From: Edaphobacter aggregans
GTDB taxonomy: Bacteria > Acidobacteriota > Terriglobia > Terriglobales > Acidobacteriaceae
Direction of reading: 5' to 3'
NCBI RefSeq assembly: GCF_003945235.1
Contig: NZ_RSDW01000001.1
Location: forward strand, 900,001-932,000
Length of the DNA stretch: 32,000 nt
This document shows positions 16,164 to 22,276 of the stretch, in pieces (within the stretch, counting starts at the first letter, position 1; the number at the start of each line of letters is the position of its first letter). Under the pieces are notes generated by a model. It did no database searches. It was not told where the DNA came from and worked only from the letters and a program-made list of their open reading frames with translations. The position numbers and the translations under genes were made by a program.

Positions 16164-17231
16164 ATGCCTACAAAAAAAGAACTCCTCCAGCGCCCCATCC
16201 AGCACATCGACATCAAGCAGCATAACGTCGTCGCCCTCGTCGACGCCATGAAGGACATGGCCTACAGCTCGCGTGACACTGGCCGTGCTGCTGATATCTA
16301 CGAGATGATGCTGCGCGACACCGACTGCGGCGTCATCCTCTGCCTCGCCGGCTCCCTCATCTCTGCCGGCCTCCAGAAAATCTTCGTCGATCTCATCCGT
16401 AACAACATGGTCGATGCCGTCGTCTCCACCGGCGCCAACATCGTCGATCAGGACTTCTTCGAGGCCCTAGGCTTCAACCACTACGTCGCCGGTGACGAAT
16501 ACAAGTACGGCGCAGGCGACGCCGATCTTCGCGAGCTGATGATCGACCGCATCTACGACACCTTCATCGACGAGGAAGAGCTCCGCATCTGCGACGAGAC
16601 CACCCACCAGATCACCAACTCCCTCGAACCCCGCCCCTACAGCTCCCGCGAGTTCATCCGCGAGATGGGCGCCTATCTCTCCAAGAACGGCAAGACCCCG
16701 CAAGCCGGTGGCCGCGACTCCATCGTCCTCGCCGCCTACGAGAAAAACGTCCCCATCTTCTGCCCCGCCTTCTCCGACTGCTCCGCCGGATTCGGCCTCG
16801 TCGCTCACCAGCACGCTCGTCAGGGCAAGCCGCACGTCTCCATCGACTCGGCCAAGGACTTCTACGAGATCACCCAGCTCAAGATCGCTAACCCCACCAC
16901 CGGCCTCCTGATGATCGGCGGCGGCGTCCCCAAGAACTTCGCGCAGGACATCGTCGTCGCCGCAGACATCCTCGGCGTCGATGCCTCCATGCACAAGTAC
17001 GCCATCCAGATCACCGTGGCAGATGCCCGCGACGGCGCCCTCTCCGGTTCCACCCTCAAGGAGGCCAGCTCCTGGGGCAAGGTCGACCTCACTTACGAGC
17101 AGATGGTCTTCTCCGAGGCCACCATAGCCCTACCGCTCATCGCGGGCTACGCCTTCCACAAAAACGCGCAGGCTGCGCGCAAGGGCAAATCCTGGACCCA
17201 GATTCTCGATCAGGTTCCAGTAACCGCATAA
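16164..17231 (+). CDS. deoxyhypusine synthase-like protein (possible homospermidine synthase-type enzyme)
   Basis: The 355-aa protein contains ...LAGSLISAGL...VVSTGANIVDQDFFEALG...GGGVPKNF...KEASSWGKV. SWGK contains the lysine position that forms the enzyme intermediate in DHS, as I recall it. Confidence 0.85.
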   Translation: MPTKKELLQRPIQHIDIKQHNVVALVDAMKDMAYSSRDTGRAADIYEMMLRDTDCGVILCLAGSLISAGLQKIFVDLIRNNMVDAVVSTGANIVDQDFFEALGFNHYVAGDEYKYGAGDADLRELMIDRIYDTFIDEEELRICDETTHQITNSLEPRPYSSREFIREMGAYLSKNGKTPQAGGRDSIVLAAYEKNVPIFCPAFSDCSAGFGLVAHQHARQGKPHVSIDSAKDFYEITQLKIANPTTGLLMIGGGVPKNFAQDIVVAADILGVDASMHKYAIQITVADARDGALSGSTLKEASSWGKVDLTYEQMVFSEATIALPLIAGYAFHKNAQAARKGKSWTQILDQVPVTA

Positions 17232-17255
17232 GCCGTTCTCAAGTCACATTCACCC

Positions 17256-17292
17256 AAAGGCCGCCTCTTCAGAGGCGGCCTTTCTCCGTTTA
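17256..17292 (+). terminator. Rho-independent terminator after the DHS-like gene
   Basis: AAA-GGCCGCCTC-TTCA-GAGGCGGCC-TTTCTCCGTTTA forms a perfect 9-bp GC-rich stem at 17259-17280 followed by a T-rich tail. Confidence 0.8.
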
Positions 17293-17641
17293 TTCGCTAT
17301 AAATGCCCGTTACTACTCCTGAAATGTTGTCTTTGCAGATAACCCACGTCTGTGTTATTCCCGCTGCAACTTATTTTCTGTCATTCTCACCCTGCTAACA
17401 AAAATCTAATTGCCCCGTCGTAAGCTGCATTTCCGATGGCAAACATCAACTGTGACATTAACTCCCGTGGCTAACTTTATATCTTGTTAAGCCTTTGAAA
17501 TATCTGGTCAGCAAGGATCAGTTTTCGCAAATACTGCAGCACAAAATTTTTCAAGAGATAAGAAATCACTTATCCACCGATGGTCACCACAGAATAGTTA
17601 CGATAAGGCTTCCGAACGGTTACTAAAGGGCCAACCCATAA

Positions 17642-19360
17642 ATGCACACCTTTCCGATTTTTGGTTTTCTTTCTCTGCTAAGTGCCTGCGCGGTTCTCCT
17701 GATAGCCTTTTTTAGAGAACAACGCACTGCCCGTGAGTTCGCAGCACAGTTGACACACGCGCGCGAACAGCAGCATCACCACAAAATGCAGCTCACCGAG
17801 CGCTCGCAACTCGATACGCTCAAGGACGAGTTCATCTCCACCGTCTCGCACGAGCTCCGCACCCCCCTGACCAGTATCCGGGGAGCCCTCGGCCTTCTCT
17901 CCTCCGGCGTCATCGGAGACGTGGACCCCAAAGCACTGAACCTCCTCCGCATTGCAGTCACCAATACCGACCGACTCATCCGCCTCATCAATGACATCCT
18001 CGATCTGGAGCGCATGGAATCCGGCCGCGCCCCGCTCCAGATACGCCGCTGCTCCCTGCAAGATCTCTGTGAGCAGGCCATCGAGACCATGACACCCATG
18101 GCCGACGCCGGCACCGTCTATCTCGAACTCGTCGGCTCCACGGGCCTCGGCGCCGCATCCTCAGAGACCCTCTTCTTCGACGGCGACGCCGACCGCATCC
18201 TCCAGGTCCTGACCAACCTCCTCTCCAACGCCATCAAGTTCTCTCCCACAGCCTCCACCGTCCGCATCCATACCGACGCCACTGCCGACTCCATCATGCT
18301 CAAGGTTGTCGATGAAGGCCGCGGCATCCCCTCAGACAAGCTCGACAGCATCTTCGACCGTTTCCAGCAGGTAGAACCCTCCGACGCCCGCCAGAAAGGC
18401 GGCACCGGCCTCGGCCTTGCAATCTGCCGCAGCATCGTCCAGCAACACGGCGGCTCCATCTGGGCTCAGCGCAACATCGGCGTCGGCACCACACTCTACG
18501 TCATGCTGCCCCGCACGACCCGCGCCTCCGACCTGCCTTCGGTCTCTACGCCTGCCGCTCTTCCTGCCTCTCTTGCCCATCGTGGCGAAGGCGCCATCCT
18601 GGTCTGCGATGACGACGCCGGTATCCGAACCGTGGTCTCCGAACACCTCACACGCCAGGGCTACACCGTCATCGAAGCCGTCTCCGGCGACGAAGCCCTC
18701 GTCCTTGCTGCCGAGCACCACGTCGAAGCCATCCTCCTCGACCTCTACATGCCCGGCCTTAGCGGCTGGGAGACCCTCCAGCGGCTCCGCAACCAGCCGG
18801 CAACGGCCAACATTCCCGTCGTGGTCCTGAGCGTCCTCTCCTCCACCCTCCGTCCCCAGCTCACAGGCGACGCTCAGGGATGGGTCCAGAAACCCTTCAA
18901 CGAAAATCTCCTCTTCGCCGAACTAGGCCGCGTCCTCCATCAAGGAGAAGGCCCCGCCTACGTCCTTCTCGTCGAAGACGACGAAGACCTGGCCAGTGTC
19001 CTCACCGCCAGCTTCGAAGATGCTGCGGTCCACATCGACCACGCCTCCACCCGCCAGCAGGCCATCCGGCACTGCATCAACCGCCGCCCCGACCTGCTTA
19101 TCCTTGACCTCACCTTGCCCGACGGCGACGGCTTCTCGCTGGTCGAATGGCTCCGCCAACAGCCTGCCCTACGAACCCTCCCCCTGGTCGTCTACTCCGG
19201 CCGCGAGGTCTCCGACGTCGAGATGGCCAAACTCCGCCTCGGCCCCACCGAGTTCCTCACCAAGGCTAAGGTCCAGCCGCAGGAGGTCGAAGAATTGGTC
19301 CTTTCCATGGTCCAGCGCATCCGCTCCCGGTTCTCCGATCTCGCCACTACTGCCCAATAA
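17642..19360 (+). CDS. hybrid histidine kinase: one TM segment, HisKA, HATPase_c, then two receiver domains
   Basis: The H-box is STVSHELRTPLTSIRG. The N and G boxes are LLSNAIKFS and GGTGLGLAICRSIV. REC1 reads ILVCDDD...LLDLYMPGLSG and REC2 reads LLVEDDED...ILDLTLPDGDG. Only about 50 aa, including one hydrophobic segment, precede HisKA. Confidence 0.9.
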   Translation: MHTFPIFGFLSLLSACAVLLIAFFREQRTAREFAAQLTHAREQQHHHKMQLTERSQLDTLKDEFISTVSHELRTPLTSIRGALGLLSSGVIGDVDPKALNLLRIAVTNTDRLIRLINDILDLERMESGRAPLQIRRCSLQDLCEQAIETMTPMADAGTVYLELVGSTGLGAASSETLFFDGDADRILQVLTNLLSNAIKFSPTASTVRIHTDATADSIMLKVVDEGRGIPSDKLDSIFDRFQQVEPSDARQKGGTGLGLAICRSIVQQHGGSIWAQRNIGVGTTLYVMLPRTTRASDLPSVSTPAALPASLAHRGEGAILVCDDDAGIRTVVSEHLTRQGYTVIEAVSGDEALVLAAEHHVEAILLDLYMPGLSGWETLQRLRNQPATANIPVVVLSVLSSTLRPQLTGDAQGWVQKPFNENLLFAELGRVLHQGEGPAYVLLVEDDEDLASVLTASFEDAAVHIDHASTRQQAIRHCINRRPDLLILDLTLPDGDGFSLVEWLRQQPALRTLPLVVYSGREVSDVEMAKLRLGPTEFLTKAKVQPQEVEELVLSMVQRIRSRFSDLATTAQ

Positions 19361-19422
19361 GCAGGAAGAAACTTCCCAGTTACCTCCAATAACTTCCATC
19401 GCATGAGAGAATAAGTTCGCTC

Positions 19423-19839
19423 ATGCGACGCATTCTGATCATTGATGACGAGGACGACATCCGCGAAGTAGCGGCCCTATCTCTCGAAGCTACAGCCGGC
19501 TGGGAGATACTCACCGCCAACTCCGGCGCCAAAGGCATCGACATTGCCGTCGCCGAACAGCCCGATGCCATCCTCATGGACGTCATGATGCCCGAGGTCG
19601 ATGGCCCCACCACCTTCCGCAACATGCAGCAAAACCCCGCCATCTCCAGCATTCCCGTCCTTCTACTCACCGCAAAGGTTCAGGGAGTCGATCAGCGCCG
19701 CTTTGCTGGCCTGGGCGTCGCCGCCGTCCTCTTCAAGCCCTTCGACCCGCTCACCCTCGCCGACCAGATCTCCGAGGTTCTTGGCTGGAGCAAAAACAGC
19801 CACTCAGAGCAACCTGTACCTTCCGAACCAGCCGTCTGA
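19423..19839 (+). CDS. single-domain (CheY-like) response regulator
   Basis: It contains ILIIDDEDD...ILMDVMMPEVDG...LLLTAK...FKPF. There is no output domain. Confidence 0.9.
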   Translation: MRRILIIDDEDDIREVAALSLEATAGWEILTANSGAKGIDIAVAEQPDAILMDVMMPEVDGPTTFRNMQQNPAISSIPVLLLTAKVQGVDQRRFAGLGVAAVLFKPFDPLTLADQISEVLGWSKNSHSEQPVPSEPAV

Positions 19840-19880
19840 TCCAATCAGCTCCACTCATCTCAGCCAAGGCCCCTCCCCCT

Positions 19881-20240
19881 ATGTCCGAGAACCAACCCAG
19901 AAAACAGACCAATAGCCCGTCCGAAGATTTCAGCGAAGGGATCGACGATCTCCTCGCAGACCTTTGGCAACGTCATCTCCCCACCCTTCGGGAACGCCTC
20001 GATCTCCTCGCCCGCACCGCTGCCGAAGCCACAACAGGCACTCTCAACGAAATCACCCGCGCCGAAGGCCAGTCAATCGCACACAAACTCTCCGGCAACC
20101 TTGGCATGTTCGGCCACCACAAGGCTGGAGACCTCGCCAGTCAGATCGAGCACATCTTCAAGGCCCCCACACCCGAGACGCTCCCTCTCCTTGCCGGCCT
20201 CACCCGAAATCTGCGCGAAACCCTCGCCGCCAACCTCTGA
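19881..20240 (+). CDS. Hpt (histidine phosphotransfer) domain protein
   Basis: The 119-aa helical protein has the motif SIAHKLSGNLGMFG, matching the Hpt pattern HxxKGxxxxxG. The start codon is uncertain because there is no clear SD. Confidence 0.7.
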   Translation: MSENQPRKQTNSPSEDFSEGIDDLLADLWQRHLPTLRERLDLLARTAAEATTGTLNEITRAEGQSIAHKLSGNLGMFGHHKAGDLASQIEHIFKAPTPETLPLLAGLTRNLRETLAANL

Positions 20241-20246
20241 CGGCTC

Positions 20247-22154
20247 TCACTTAGCCTGCCGCACCGCCCACCCAGCCAGATCGATCGCCGCGTCAAACCC
20301 GTCATAATCCAACGGCAGCTTATTCCGCCGATCCACATATTCGTTGTAGACCCACGGATCGACCACGGCAAACACAGTCCCCTTCCCCATCTTCGAAACC
20401 GCCATCAGCACATCGCCCTTATCGGTCAAGATAGCCTTCGCCGGACCCGAAACCGTAATCGTAGAAATCTCCTTCAAATAAGCCTTATGAGGATGTTCAA
20501 ACATGCCCGTTCCCGCAGGAACCATCACCGTCGCCTGCGACCACGTATTGTTCTCCACCGTATTGCGAAGCACCGGATTGAAGTGAATCCCGAACCGCTC
20601 ACTCATCGTGTTGAAGTGCTCGAACTCTGAGTTCGTTACATCGTTCTGCATCAGGATCAGCACGCCGCCCGCCTTCACCCAGGCCTCAATCGCGTCCCCA
20701 CTGGCCTTATCCATGTAATGCGGATTTGGATTTTTCGCCGGAATATCTGGCGAAGCCAGCACAAAAATCTGCGCCTTCTTCAAATCAGCCGCTATGGGCG
20801 CAGTCGTCTCTGTAGCCAGCTTCACGCCATACCGCTGAAACGCCCGCCCATAAAACGCGAAGCCCGAATTCGCATCATCATCCCACTTGTAATGAAACAG
20901 CTCCGGCTGCCCCGCAGCATTCTTCCGCGTCTGCGAGTTGAACCAAGCATCTACCAGCACCGTCTTTCCCTGCCCCAACGCCTCAGTCGAAGCCTGCGCC
21001 ATCTCCGACCCCGCCAGCATAAAAGCTCCGATGCCCTTCGCATCGTTCGCAATCGTCTTCTCGCCAACATAGTAGTCAAACGTCCCCGAACGATAAGGCG
21101 TCCCACCCAGCCCACCAACCTTCACCGTCCCATTCAGCACCATCAAGCCATCAGGCCCAGTCGAAACAAACGCCTTCTGAATCCCCTCCCATCCGCGCCG
21201 AGCATTTGCCTCATAGCTCTGCGGCAGATACCCCATCCGCACCCCCTTCGCCAGCGCATACACAAACATCGAGCTAGCCGAACCCTCCGTATAATTCCCC
21301 GGCTTCCCGCCCTTATCCATCACCTGCCACCACAAACCCGTCTTCTTATCCTGATAAGCCACCGCCGCCGTCGCCGTCCTATTCAACGCAGCCACCAACT
21401 CTGCCCGCTTCGGATGATCCTTCGGAAACCAATCCAACACATCCACCAGCGCCATGGCATACCACCCCATCGCCCGCGCCCAAACCTCCGGCGACAACCC
21501 CGTCGTCTTATCCGCCCACGGCATCTGCTTCGACTCATCCCACCCATGCAGCAGCAAACCCGTCTTCGGATCGCGCATCTTCGTATCCATCAACAGCAGC
21601 TGCTTCGCAATATCGTCAAAATCCCCCGGCTCCTGAAACGTAGCCGCATACGCCGCGCGAAAAGGCTCCGCCATATAAGCCCCATCCAGCCACATCTGGT
21701 TCGGATAGATCTGCTTATGCCAGTACCCACCACTCGCCGTCCTCGGCTGCGCAGCAAGCTGCTCATGCAAAAACTTCGCCGCCTTGTAGTACTTCGGCTG
21801 TTGCGTCACCCGATACACCAGCAACACCGCTCGGCCCATTTCAATGTCGTCCAGCGTATGCCCGTCAGCCTTATAGCCCTTAATCGTTCCATCCTCGGCG
21901 ACATACTTATCCACCGCTGCCTTGATGTAGCGAAAGTCATCACCATTCGCGGTAGCGTGCCACTGAGCTGCCATCCCATCCAGAAGCACACCCTCCTCAT
22001 ACGCCCACTCGCCCGGATGATTCTCAGTCGTCACAACCCCCGCAGGCCACTCCTTGATCACTGACTCCGCCATCTTCGCCGAACTTGCATCCTGAGCCCA
22101 CAAACCCTGCGCCACCGCACAACCCATCACAACCGAAGCCGCAAACAACCGCAT
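20247..22154 (-). CDS. GH105/GH88-family unsaturated (rhamno)galacturonyl/glucuronyl hydrolase with an extra C-terminal DUF4350-like domain of about 240 aa
   Basis: The signal peptide is MRLFAASVVMGCAVAQGLWA-Q. The N-terminal roughly 390 aa (...YEEGVLLDGM...MWLDGAYMAEPF...LLHGWDE...WARAMGWYAMALVD...EGSASSMFVYALAKG...) fits YteR/UGL-type (alpha/alpha)6 hydrolases. The C-terminal part (...IFVLASPD...AIEAWVKAGGVLILM...) resembles DUF4350 or a GATase1-like fold. That second call is tentative. Confidence 0.8.
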   Translation of the reverse strand: MRLFAASVVMGCAVAQGLWAQDASSAKMAESVIKEWPAGVVTTENHPGEWAYEEGVLLDGMAAQWHATANGDDFRYIKAAVDKYVAEDGTIKGYKADGHTLDDIEMGRAVLLVYRVTQQPKYYKAAKFLHEQLAAQPRTASGGYWHKQIYPNQMWLDGAYMAEPFRAAYAATFQEPGDFDDIAKQLLLMDTKMRDPKTGLLLHGWDESKQMPWADKTTGLSPEVWARAMGWYAMALVDVLDWFPKDHPKRAELVAALNRTATAAVAYQDKKTGLWWQVMDKGGKPGNYTEGSASSMFVYALAKGVRMGYLPQSYEANARRGWEGIQKAFVSTGPDGLMVLNGTVKVGGLGGTPYRSGTFDYYVGEKTIANDAKGIGAFMLAGSEMAQASTEALGQGKTVLVDAWFNSQTRKNAAGQPELFHYKWDDDANSGFAFYGRAFQRYGVKLATETTAPIAADLKKAQIFVLASPDIPAKNPNPHYMDKASGDAIEAWVKAGGVLILMQNDVTNSEFEHFNTMSERFGIHFNPVLRNTVENNTWSQATVMVPAGTGMFEHPHKAYLKEISTITVSGPAKAILTDKGDVLMAVSKMGKGTVFAVVDPWVYNEYVDRRNKLPLDYDGFDAAIDLAGWAVRQAK

Positions 22155-22276
22155 TCCAAACCCTCACAATCATCAAATCGAGACCACACCAGCATATCGC
22201 CCGCACCCATCCATAGGCCAATCAAAACAAGCCACAGAGATCTTTTATTAACGAAACTAAAATTTCACAAACCGGA

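Noticed and set aside
20718-22064. A 448-aa + strand ORF opposite the GH105 gene. Similar ORFs lie at 22607..23917 and 23990..24727 opposite the collagen-like gene, and at 27850..29190 opposite the TonB-dependent receptor.
   Set aside because: All are extremely Arg/Pro/His-rich with no domain signatures and lie antisense to well-supported genes. They are compositional phantoms.
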